The notes beneath the pieces are model-generated. The model worked only from the letters and a program-made list of their open reading frames with translations. It did not search any database and was not told where the DNA came from. Source: a bacterium (GTDB lineage Bacteria > UBA8248). Taken from it: DNA of 64,000 bases. Made by a program: the position numbers and the translations under genes. Where the stretch lies: the NCBI GenBank assembly GCA_963692865.2, contig OY843592.1, positions 3,840,001 through 3,904,000 of the forward strand, given 5' to 3'. Shown here piece by piece: positions 48,220 through 57,135 of this stretch; positions within the stretch are counted from its first letter, which is position 1, and every line of letters starts with the position of its first letter.

Positions 48220-49274
48220 GCGGGCGCCTCCGCCAGGCGATAGGGCGCGGCGTCGCGCAGCTTCCCGAGCAACTCGCGGGAGATCGGCTGGGCGTCGCCC
48301 GCATCGGGGATGGCGAGCGCCGAGCAGCGAAAGCGCGCCCTCTCGCTCGGGAGGCGGGCGGCGGCCCATTTCGCCTTGATGCGGTCGAGGCGCACCGCGC
48401 CGACCGCGAGTTGGGAGAGGCGGTAGCTCCTGTGCCGCCGATTCGCCCGCGCGGCCTCCCACCGCCCCGCGCCTCTCTTGAGCGCGCCGCCACAGTCCGG
48501 GCAAGCGAGGCCGCCCCCGCGCAGGATGCCTGGCCAGTTCTCCTCCAGGACGCTCCCGGCGCGGCACGCCGGGCACCTCACGCGCCAGCGCCTCCGGTCT
48601 CCCGCCTCGTACATGGCGTGAATGCCCGCGCCCGGGGTTCTGCCGACGGCCAGGTTGAGCGTCAGGGCGAGCGGCGAGGCGTCGATGCGGTCGTTCGACC
48701 ACTTGAGGTTCTCCGGCGGCAGGTCGTCCACCTCGTCGCGAATCAGCACGTCGAGCGGAATCGATATGGCGTTGCCGATGTCCCTGAGACCCAGGATGTA
48801 GAGAAAACGCGAACCCCCGCTTCCGGGGAATTCCTTCAAGCCCTTGGGCGACGCGCCCTTGTATTCCCCATCGCGCATGAGCGAGGCGATGCGCCCGCCC
48901 CTGAGCGCGGGGCGCACGCGCGTCTGGTCGAAGCGGTCGGCGAAATCCTGATCGGGCAGAAAATAGCCCACGTTCAGGCGGTGGACGATGACGCAGTAAA
49001 GCGCAAAACCGATGGCGAACGTCGTCATGCCCACCTGCGCGCCCTTGAGGACGCTGACGGTCCGATCGGGCGCGCGATCCTTCAGCACCCCGTCGAGCGC
49101 GGCGACAATCTCCAAAAGCGCCTCTCTGCCCTCGAAGGTGAACGCGCCGGTGTCGGTCGACATCCCGCTCGTCAGAAACCGGGCCAGCCCGCGCGCCTCG
49201 CCCGAAAAGCGCGGGGCTCCGCCGGTCGTAAGGGCCATGCCGGGGGCCCGAAGGATTTTTCGGGACTTGCGCAA
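48216..49274 (-). CDS. Terminase large subunit, N-terminal ATPase domain (GpA-like)
   Basis: Walker A-like KGAQVGMTT, YFLP, Walker B DVLIRDEVD, DRRRW..CPAC..CPDC Zn motif; TTG start with SD GGAGGAG. Confidence 0.82.
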   Translation of the reverse strand: MRKSRKILRAPGMALTTGGAPRFSGEARGLARFLTSGMSTDTGAFTFEGREALLEIVAALDGVLKDRAPDRTVSVLKGAQVGMTTFAIGFALYCVIVHRLNVGYFLPDQDFADRFDQTRVRPALRGGRIASLMRDGEYKGASPKGLKEFPGSGGSRFLYILGLRDIGNAISIPLDVLIRDEVDDLPPENLKWSNDRIDASPLALTLNLAVGRTPGAGIHAMYEAGDRRRWRVRCPACRAGSVLEENWPGILRGGGLACPDCGGALKRGAGRWEAARANRRHRSYRLSQLAVGAVRLDRIKAKWAAARLPSERARFRCSALAIPDAGDAQPISRELLGKLRDAAPYRLAEAPA

Positions 49275-49324
49275 TGCCGGAACTCCTCCAGTCCAAGGAT
49301 GCCGCGCGCATCCTCACGGGGAGG

Positions 49325-49376
49325 AATATAGGGGATGGGGGCCGTGAGCCATGACGCGCAAATGCGGGGAAATGCG
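49325..49376 (-). promoter_or_regulatory. Putative activator-dependent promoter of terminase-portal operon (22-bp box plus -10)
   Basis: CGCGCAAATGCGGGGAAATGCG at 49355-49376, then 24 nt, then TATATT (minus, 49325-49330). Confidence 0.75.
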
Positions 49377-49439
49377 CGGTTTGCGGGGAACATCGTTTCT
49401 ACCCCGCCGATGCGGGATGGTTTGCCGGGCGGCGGGAAA

Positions 49440-49650
49440 AAGGCGATCCTCCCGCATCAATCGGGCTTTCACCTGTAGGGGCCGCATATCATGCGGCCCG
49501 TTGCGGAGGCGAAAATCAGGGTCGCATGATATGTTGGACATATATGTCTGACCTACAGAATCATCACGTCGCCGACCGGGCAGCGGAAGAACCACTCCCC
49601 GGTCGGTGAAATACGACGAATCACGAAATCAGGATTTTTTCACGACCCCG
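49440..49650. repeat. Copy of the palindromic repeat element
   Basis: GTAGGGGCCGCATATCATGCGGCCC..GGACATATATGTC unit and TTTTTTCACGACCCC end. Confidence 0.75.
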
Positions 49651-49799
49651 ACCGGCAGACTGATGAGCGCATCCTTGCGCTCAGGCGCGCATCCGGGGTC
49701 TTTGAACCCGAAGCGCCCGGCGCGCTCTCGCCGCGCGGCGTTGATCGCGCCTCCGACTTCCTGTAAATCCGTCTTTGAAACAATGCCGAATGAAGGCAT
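49629..49799 (-). pseudogene. yajQ: Truncated, degenerate yajQ N-terminal fragment
   Basis: MPSFGIVSKTDLQEVGGAINAARRERAGRFGFKD resembles the YajQ N-terminus (MPSFDIVSxxDxxEVxNA..RFDFK); ends in a repeat terminus. Confidence 0.7.
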
Positions 49800-50202
49800 G
49801 GTGTTCGCAAAGCTCCTCTGGAAACCGGGCGCACGCTACACACCCGGCGCTTCTGGTGGTATAGTAGGCGGCAGCTCATCCAACGCCCAGGATTGTTCTG
49901 GAGACGATTGGGGGGTTTCCCCCGCGAGGAATCCCTATTTTCCTTGACTGAACGGCTGGTTCCGACGCCTTCCGGGGCGCGAAACCATCTCAAGGAGATT
50001 GGTGTATGCGTCGAATCACGACGAAAATCAAGTCCGAAGACGTCGAGAGAGCACGGGCCGGACGCGGTGGTGACGAGGAGATTCTCATCCACGCCACCCG
50101 GTGCGGCATCCAAACCGGCGGGCGGGCGAAGCCGCCGTCTAAAACCTGAACCAAAACCTTTTTTTCGATTCATTACCTGACGCATTTAGGGAGGTTGAAA
50201 AA

Positions 50203-51486
50203 ATGAAACGCTTTCTTTTGTTCCTTTGGGCCGCGGCGCTCGCCCTGGCCCCGGGGACCGCATTCGCGGCCGATAAGCTCGATACCGGGAACACCGCCTG
50301 GATACTGACGTCGACCGCCCTCGTCCTGTTCATGACGCTCCCGGGCCTCTCGCTCTTCTACGGCGGCCTCGTGCGCGCGAAGAACGTGCTCTCGGTGCTG
50401 ATGCAGTGCTTCGCCATCGCCTGCGCGGTGTCGGTCGTCTGGCTCGTCGTCGGCTACAGCTTGGTGTTCGAGGCGGGCAACGCCTTCATCGGCGGGCTGG
50501 GCAAGGCGTTCTTCGCGGGCGTGGGCGTGGAATCGCTCTCGGGCAACATTCCCGAGACGGTCTTCGCCATGTTCCAGCTCACCTTCGCCATCATCACGCC
50601 CGCGCTGATCGTGGGCAGCTTCGCCGAGCGGATGCGCTTCTCGGCCCTGTTCATCTTCTCCATCGCGTGGGTGATCCTCGTCTACGCGCCGGTGGCCCAC
50701 TGGGTGTGGGGCGGCGGGTGGCTCGGCGCGATGGGCGCGCTCGATTTCGCGGGCGGCACCGTGGTGCACATCAACTCCGGCATAGCGGCCCTGGTGGCCG
50801 CCATCCTCATCGGCCCGAGGCACGGCTTTCCCACGACGGCCATGCTGCCCCATAACCTGCCCATGGCGGTGACGGGCGCGGGCATCCTGTGGGTCGGCTG
50901 GTTCGGCTTCAACGCGGGCAGCGCGCTGGCGGCAGACGGCGCGGCGGGCATGGCCATGCTCGTCACCCACATCTCCTCGGCGGCCGGCGCGCTCGCGTGG
51001 ATGTTCGCCGAGTGGATCAAGCACGGCAAGGCGAGCGTGCTCGGCATCGTGACGGGCATGGTGGCGGGCCTGGTCGGCATCACGCCGGCTTCGGGCTTCG
51101 TGGGGCCGGTGGGCGCGCTGCTGCTCGGCGCGATAGCCGGCGTCGGCTGCTACGCCGCCACCAACTACATGAAGCAGGTGCTCAAGATAGACGACTCGCT
51201 CGACGTGTTCACCGTGCACGGCGTGGGCGGCATCATCGGCGCGATACTAACCGGCGTTTTCGTCGCCAAGGGGTTCGGCGGCGTCGGCTTCGCCGAGGGC
51301 GTCGGCATGGGCAAGCAGTTGTGGATCCAGTTCGTGAGCGTGGTCGCCACGCTCGTCTACTCGGGCGTCGTATCCTTCATCCTGTTCAAAATCGTGGACG
51401 CCATCGTGGGCCTCAGGGCCGACGCCAACGAGGAATCCGGCGGCCTCGACCTCATGATGCACAACGAATCGGCCTACGAACGCTAG
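50203..51486 (+). CDS. amtB: Ammonium transporter
   Basis: LVLFMTLPGL.LFYGG, FQLTFAIIT, AER, HWVWGGG, DFAGGTVVH, LWVGWFGFNAGS, DDSLDVF.VHG. Confidence 0.97.
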   Translation: MKRFLLFLWAAALALAPGTAFAADKLDTGNTAWILTSTALVLFMTLPGLSLFYGGLVRAKNVLSVLMQCFAIACAVSVVWLVVGYSLVFEAGNAFIGGLGKAFFAGVGVESLSGNIPETVFAMFQLTFAIITPALIVGSFAERMRFSALFIFSIAWVILVYAPVAHWVWGGGWLGAMGALDFAGGTVVHINSGIAALVAAILIGPRHGFPTTAMLPHNLPMAVTGAGILWVGWFGFNAGSALAADGAAGMAMLVTHISSAAGALAWMFAEWIKHGKASVLGIVTGMVAGLVGITPASGFVGPVGALLLGAIAGVGCYAATNYMKQVLKIDDSLDVFTVHGVGGIIGAILTGVFVAKGFGGVGFAEGVGMGKQLWIQFVSVVATLVYSGVVSFILFKIVDAIVGLRADANEESGGLDLMMHNESAYER

Positions 51487-51496
51487 GCCGTACGCG

Positions 51497-51526
51497 AAAA
51501 GGCCCCGGGGCCGAGTCCCCGGGGCC
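51497..51526. terminator. Strong hairpin after amtB
   Basis: GGCCCCGGGG-CCGAGT-CCCCGGGGCC preceded by AAAA. Confidence 0.7.
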
Positions 51527-51559
51527 GCGCGTTCGCGTGAAAGGCGGCCTCTCCAATTC

Positions 51560-51750
51560 GGGGTTGTTGAAAAACTATCCCTCTCGCATCAACCACGTTT
51601 TACCCGTATGTCGGACATATATGTCCGACATATCATGCGACCCGGCCTTTTCGCCCTTCCGGTGGCGGGCCGCATGATATGCGGCCCCTACAAAAACCGC
51701 TCCCCCCCGGTCGCGTAAAACACTATTCATCAAGGCTTTTTCAACAACCC
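51560..51750. repeat. Complete miniature element bounded by GGGTTGTTGAAAAA / TTTTTCAACAACCC
   Basis: Terminal inverted repeats at about 51561 and 51737 enclose the palindromic unit; abuts permease stop codon. Confidence 0.85.
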
Positions 51751-52764
51751 TCAAGCCGTTCGCTTTTTTCCCACGTAGTCGAGCAGGACGGCCAGGATGA
51801 TGATCGCCCCCACCGCCAGCAGTTGCCAGTCGGCGGCTATCCCCAAGAGGTTCAGGCCGTTTCGGATGCACGCGATGATGAGCGTGCCGATGACGGTGCC
51901 GATGACGCGCCCCTCGCCGCCCAGCAGCGAGGCGCCGCCGATGACGACCGCGGCGATGACGTCCATCAAATCGAACATGCCCATGATGGCCTGGGCGGCC
52001 ATGAGGCGCGAGGCCATCACCACGCCCGCCAGCGCGCCGCAGAAACCGCTGAAGACGAGCACGAACAGCTTGACGGCGAAGACGTTCACGCCGGCGACGC
52101 GGGCGGCCTCCTTGTTGCCGCCGACGGCGTAGATGTTCGTGCCCAGGACGGTGCGCGAGAGGATGAGGTGCGCGATGAGAAAGACGACGCCCATGATGAC
52201 GGCGGCCATGGGAAACGGGCCGACGTAGCCCTGCCCGACGACGCTGAAGGCCTCGGGCAGGCCGAAGATGGACTGCTCGCCCGTCAGGATGAGCGCGCCG
52301 CCGCGCGCGAGGCTGTCCATCGCCAGCGTGAGGATGAAGGCGGGAATCGCGAACCAGCCCACGAAGACCCCGCTCACTCCGCCCAGCAAGACGCCGAGGA
52401 TCAGGGTGGCGAGCACCGCGGGCACGATGGGCACCCCGTATTCCTTGAGCAGAAGCGCGACGACGACCGCACCCATCGACTGGATAGAGGCCACGGACAA
52501 GTCGATCTCCGCGCAGATGATGACGAGCGTGAGGCCCGCCGCCATGATGCCGATGTTCGAGGACTGGAGCAGGATGTTCATCATGTTCGAGACGGTGAAG
52601 AAGTTCTCCGCCGTGATCGAGAGAAAGAGGATCAACAAGATGAGCGCGAGAATAAGGCCGTACCTGGAAAAGCCCGACGCGATGAGAGATGCGATATCGT
52701 ATCCCCCGCTCGCTTCGGCGGCCGGGCCACGCCCGCTATCCATTTTTCCTTCGCCGCTCATCAT
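51751..52764 (-). CDS. Sugar (RbsC-like) ABC transporter permease
   Basis: EIDLSV, IPAFILTL, YAVGGNKEAARVAGV, IAAVVIGGASL.GGEG. Confidence 0.93.
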   Translation of the reverse strand: MMSGEGKMDSGRGPAAEASGGYDIASLIASGFSRYGLILALILLILFLSITAENFFTVSNMMNILLQSSNIGIMAAGLTLVIICAEIDLSVASIQSMGAVVVALLLKEYGVPIVPAVLATLILGVLLGGVSGVFVGWFAIPAFILTLAMDSLARGGALILTGEQSIFGLPEAFSVVGQGYVGPFPMAAVIMGVVFLIAHLILSRTVLGTNIYAVGGNKEAARVAGVNVFAVKLFVLVFSGFCGALAGVVMASRLMAAQAIMGMFDLMDVIAAVVIGGASLLGGEGRVIGTVIGTLIIACIRNGLNLLGIAADWQLLAVGAIIILAVLLDYVGKKRTA

Positions 52765-52789
52765 TCCTCTCCCCGGCAGACACGTCTCT

Positions 52790-53188
52790 TATGGGGTTGT
52801 TGCAAAAGCCCCCTTCGCCTCATCCTGAGTAGCGGCGAAACCGCGTATCGAAGGATGTCCTCTCGCCCCGGGGCAAGCGTTCGATTCCCCGCGCCCTTCG
52901 ATACGCCGCCTCCGGCGGCTACTCAGGGTGAGGAAAGAGGCGTTGGCGGTTTGCGAGGGCCACAGACGAAGGTTATTCAACAACCCCCTATCGAGCAAGT
53001 TCGCCGGAATGACGAACAAAACCAAATTCGTCATCGACCCCGACAAAAGAGCGCCAACTACCGTAGGGACAGGCCTCTGTGCCTGTCCTGACGAAAGACA
53101 ACCATGGAGGGCTCGGACAGGCGTAAAGGCCTGTCCGCTACAAACCTTCTACTTGCAAGGCCCTTGCCGGGTTTTTCAACAACCCCTC
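52790..53188. repeat. Intergenic IR-bounded repeat cluster inside ABC operon
   Basis: GGGGTTGTTGCAAAA, CTGAGTAG..TATCGAAGG unit, TTTTTCAACAACCCC end next to ATPase stop. Confidence 0.8.
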
Positions 53189-54775
53189 TTACGCCGCCGT
53201 GCCCGTCGCGTAGCGCATGATGGTTTCCGCGTCTGCGTCTTTCCTTGAAACCTCGCCGGTGATGCGGCCCTCGTTCATCACGATGATGCGGCTGCAGATC
53301 GCCGTGACCTCGGGCAGTTCGGAGGATATCACGATAATCGCCACCCCGAGCTGCGCGAGTTCCTCGAGGATGCGGTAAATCTCCACCTTGGCGCCCGCGT
53401 CGACGCCCTTGGTCGGCTCGTCGAGTATGACGATGCGAGCGCCCGTGGATATCCCCCGCGCGAGGAGCACCTTTTGCTGGTTCCCGCCGCTGAGCTGGGC
53501 GATCCGATCCGTCAGGGAGGCGACCTTGATGCTCAGCCTCTCCACGTAGTCGCGCGAGAGGCCATCCGCGCCCGAACCGTTGACCCAGCCCAGAAGGCGC
53601 GTGAGCCTTCGCGAGCGGCTCTCCCTGCCGAAGTTGAACAGGGTGATGAGCAGGTTCTCCAGCACCGATAAGAGCGGGAACACGCCCTGGTTCTTGCGGT
53701 CTTCGGTCAGAAAAGACAGCCCGTGGCGTATGGCGTCGCGGGGTTTCCTGATTCTCACCGACTCGCCGTCGATCAGCACCTCGCCGCCGTCCAGCCGATC
53801 GAGACCGAACAGCGCGCGGAACAATTCCGTCCTTCCCGCTCCCACGAGTCCCGCGAAGCCGAGAATCTCGCCTCTTCTCACCTTGAAGCTCACGTCTGCG
53901 AACACGCCTGCCGTCGTGAAATTCCTGACTTCGAGAACCTCCTCGCCCATCTGGCCGCTGATCCTGGGGTAGCGCTCGCTGAAGGTGCGCCCCGTCATCA
54001 TGCGGATGAGGGCGTCGACGTCGGTGTCCGCGGCACCGATGGTCCCGACGTGGCGTCCGTCGCGCAGGACGGAGATGCGATCGCCGATCGCGAGGCAGTC
54101 CTCCAGCGTGTGGGAGACGTAGACGACCCCGATGCCGCGCGCCGTCAGGCGCTCGATGACCTCGAAGAGCGCTTCCTTCTCACCGGGACCCAGGGAAGAG
54201 GTGGGTTCGTCCATCAGGATGACTTTGGCGTCGAAGGCCACCGCCTTGGCGATCTCGAGAAACTGCATATCCGACAAACTCAGAGTCAACACCTCGGCGT
54301 TCGGGTCGACGTCTATCCTAAGTTCGGTGAAAATCTCGCGGCAGCGCCGCTCCATCGCCGCCACATCGCGCACGCCCAGACGCCCGAGCAGCCGGTTCGC
54401 GCTCCTCAAATCGCGGCCCAGGAAGAGATTGCTCTTCACGTCCATCAGCCGCACGAGGCTCAGTTCCTGGTGGATGACGCTGATTCCCAGTTCGCGCGTG
54501 AGGGCGGGCGAGCATCTCTCGATGACGCTGCCTTCGAACACCATCTCGCCGGTATCTTTTTCGACGACGCCCGAGATGATCTTGATCATGGTCGACTTGC
54601 CGGCCCCGTTCTCGCCCAGGAGGACGTGCACCTCGCCGGGGCGCACGCTGAAATCCACCCCGTCGAGCGCCACGACCCCCGGAAACGTCTTGCCGATGCC
54701 GCGCATGTCGAGGATCAAGCACTCCGAAGCGTCTTCCTGAGGGGATTCGGTTGGACGGGAGGGAGACGGCGTCAT
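53189..54775 (-). CDS. Sugar (RbsA-like) ABC transporter ATP-binding protein
   Basis: GENGAGKST, MDEPT, GLVGAGRTE, EDRK, LSGGNQQK, LDEPTKGVD, ISSELPE. Confidence 0.95.
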   Translation of the reverse strand: MTPSPSRPTESPQEDASECLILDMRGIGKTFPGVVALDGVDFSVRPGEVHVLLGENGAGKSTMIKIISGVVEKDTGEMVFEGSVIERCSPALTRELGISVIHQELSLVRLMDVKSNLFLGRDLRSANRLLGRLGVRDVAAMERRCREIFTELRIDVDPNAEVLTLSLSDMQFLEIAKAVAFDAKVILMDEPTSSLGPGEKEALFEVIERLTARGIGVVYVSHTLEDCLAIGDRISVLRDGRHVGTIGAADTDVDALIRMMTGRTFSERYPRISGQMGEEVLEVRNFTTAGVFADVSFKVRRGEILGFAGLVGAGRTELFRALFGLDRLDGGEVLIDGESVRIRKPRDAIRHGLSFLTEDRKNQGVFPLLSVLENLLITLFNFGRESRSRRLTRLLGWVNGSGADGLSRDYVERLSIKVASLTDRIAQLSGGNQQKVLLARGISTGARIVILDEPTKGVDAGAKVEIYRILEELAQLGVAIIVISSELPEVTAICSRIIVMNEGRITGEVSRKDADAETIMRYATGTAA

Positions 54776-54819
54776 GGGCGAGTCTTCCAGTTGGAGGGTC
54801 GGGCCGTGCCGACGTGCGC

Positions 54820-55392
54820 CTCAAGGGTTGTTGAAAAAGCCTTATTCTCGTGATCCGGGGTATGGAGCCGACAGGGCAGGGAGTTCGACTCCGATTTGCA
54901 GGGATCGCATACATGCGACCCATGCGGATGAATCAAAACTACGCTCATCGGCAATCCCCCCGCCCGAATCGCGTCCATGACTCAAAAGGGGCAAATATCA
55001 AATCACGAGTCGGGTCGCATGTACGGGGCTGTTGAAAAAGCTATCCCTCTCGCATCAACCACGTTTTACCCGTAGGTCGGACATATATGTCCGACATATT
55101 ATGCGACCCGGCCTTTTTTCGCCTCTCCGGCGGCGGGCCGCATAATATGCGGCCCCTACACCGCCACTCGAACGACGCGTGTAAGAACAAACCCGAGGAG
55201 GGGCTGTCACTACGGAATCATCACGTCGCCGACCGGGGATATATGGACTTTTTCAACAACCCTATGTCTGCGACCCCTGCACCACTCCCTCGTTCTTTCC
55301 GGTCAACCGGGCGACCACGGGAGACTCCGGACAAGCCCCTGCGCCTGTCCAGCTACGCATCTCCCGCGTTTCGAATCGAACCCGTAGGGGCG
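54820..55392. repeat. Repeat cluster flanking IS
   Basis: IR ends at about 54824, 55026 and 55248; palindromic unit 55042-55160; GTAGGGGCGCTTC at 55384. Confidence 0.8.
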
Positions 55393-56865
55393 CTTCTCTA
55401 ATCGGGTAGGGCAAGTCAAGTTCCTCTCCCCTGGTTCTGTCAGACCTGTTCCGCCTTTGGCTGCAGATGACGCTCCATGGGGGTCTCGCTTCTCTTCGTG
55501 ATCGACTCCCGAGCCGGGGGCCGTCAACAGGATGGGATCGGAGAACGAAGTGGAACAATCTTTCCTGCGCCCTCGCATCGTCACCGACGCAGCGGGGCTA
55601 GGCCGACAGCGTACTCACTTCGTCCCTCGTCCCCACGGGAGCATCCCCCGCCGAGGCGGAAGCTACAGGGTTTGTCTGTGGTCCTCCTTCTTCAGTGTCT
55701 CGACCTCAGGCAGCCGAAGCATCCGCGCCGTCGCGCTTCCAGCGGAACTCACTGCCATCCATCCACATGCGGTGCATGATGACGCCGAGCCGGCGGGCGA
55801 GCGCAACCTTCGCGCGCGACTTGCCGCGACGCTTCGCCACACCCATCGCCCAGGCTTTCAGCCATGACCACCGCGTCGTGCGCCCGAGCAAGACGTTGGC
55901 GGCTTCGTAGAGCGCCGCGCGCATCATCGCGTCGCCGCATTTGGAGATGCTTCCCGTGCGGTCGACCTCTCCGGATTGCCATTTGCGAGGCACAAGCCCG
56001 AAGTGCGCGCCCACCGAGCGCGAGCGCGCAAAACGCGATGGCACGTCGACGCTCGCCCGGAAGGTGAGCGCCGTCACCGGACCCACGCCGGGAACCGTCA
56101 TCAGGCGCCGGCAGACCGGATCGGCTCGCGCCGCCTCCAGCATCATCCTGTGCAGCCGGACGTATTCCGCCAGCAGCGCAGAGCGAGCCCGCAGCATCGG
56201 CGCCACCAGGCGCGCCAACTCCGGGCGCTCCGCGACCAGACACCCTACACGCGCCTCCAAACCGCGACGGGTGACCTTGCCCATCTTCAGCCCGAAGTTG
56301 CGCAGCGTGCCCCGGATGTGGGCCTCGGCGTCGCACAACTGCTTCAGCATGAACCTGCGGTTGGCGAGGAGCATGCGTTTTTCCTGGCTCGACACCGTCT
56401 TCACGTGCACCGGGCGAATCAGGTTCGCGCGAACCAACTGGGCGATGCCGCGCGCGTCGTCGCGGTCGCTCTTGTTCACCGTCGCCGAGAGCACCGCCTT
56501 CAGTTGCCGCGTCTCGGCGCAAACCACCGGGAACCCGGCCTCGGCCAGACCGTCATGGAGCCACTGTGACAGCGGCCCCGCCTCCAGGCAGATGCGCGTT
56601 ACGCCGAAGGCCAGTCCGGTGAAGAACGCCACGAGGGCCGCGGGTTCGCTCGCGACCTTCGCCTCCCGGACGATCCCGCCCTCCGCGTCCACCACGCACA
56701 CACTCGTCCACTCCAACGACACGTCGAGTCCTGCAAAGTAGTTCATGACTGCTCCTCCTGCGGGCGCGTAGAGACCGGACCATCCCGGCCTCGCCTCGAA
56801 TCATAAGGCAGAGGAACATCCGCCACACGCGGTAGTTCGCAGACCAACCCGATTACCCCATCTTC
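55393..56865 (-). mobile_element. IS110-family (IS1111-type) insertion sequence
   Basis: Sub-terminal inverted repeats TAATCGGGT(A/T)GG at 55399-55410 and 56844-56855, GAAG core at both ends, long 3' non-coding region. Confidence 0.85.
55706..56746 (-). CDS. IS110-family transposase/recombinase
   Basis: AGLDVS, CLEAG, KSDRDDA (DEDD RuvC domain), VPGVGP, GLVP..QSG (catalytic Ser), ISKCG, ALARRL. Confidence 0.95.
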   Translation of the reverse strand: MNYFAGLDVSLEWTSVCVVDAEGGIVREAKVASEPAALVAFFTGLAFGVTRICLEAGPLSQWLHDGLAEAGFPVVCAETRQLKAVLSATVNKSDRDDARGIAQLVRANLIRPVHVKTVSSQEKRMLLANRRFMLKQLCDAEAHIRGTLRNFGLKMGKVTRRGLEARVGCLVAERPELARLVAPMLRARSALLAEYVRLHRMMLEAARADPVCRRLMTVPGVGPVTALTFRASVDVPSRFARSRSVGAHFGLVPRKWQSGEVDRTGSISKCGDAMMRAALYEAANVLLGRTTRWSWLKAWAMGVAKRRGKSRAKVALARRLGVIMHRMWMDGSEFRWKRDGADASAA

Positions 56866-57100
56866 CCTCCTCGGGAAGGCCGACAGTAAGCAGAGGGCGC
56901 AAGCCCGAAAGCGAACTGGTGGGGGGAGTTTTTCATTTCGGACCGTCCCCCCACCGAATCGACCTTCGCACAAACCGCTCGGCTTCATCGTCGGGTTCCC
57001 CCCTCGGGGAACCCGGCCCTCAAGGGGGGAGTGAAACTTCAAAAGCGTGCGCGAAACGCAAAACCGCTTCCCGGGGAACTTTTTCAGCAATCCCCTCATG
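56866..57100. repeat. CCCTCAAGGGGGGAGTG-type repeat copy
   Basis: Similar to the unit at 27745-27918. Confidence 0.7.
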
Positions 57101-57135
57101 TCGAGCGCAGAAAGCCGCGGGTCCCGCTCTCGCCG

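Noticed and set aside
28196-49274. Single intact prophage spanning both virion operons
   Set aside because: The intervening 12 kb are mostly host metabolic genes on both strands; no integrase, att repeats, replication or lysis genes were seen.
49794-49810. Sigma54-like GG-N10-GC upstream of amtB
   Set aside because: Poor match to TGGCAC-N5-TTGC, about 400 bp from the start, and overlapping the yajQ remnant start.
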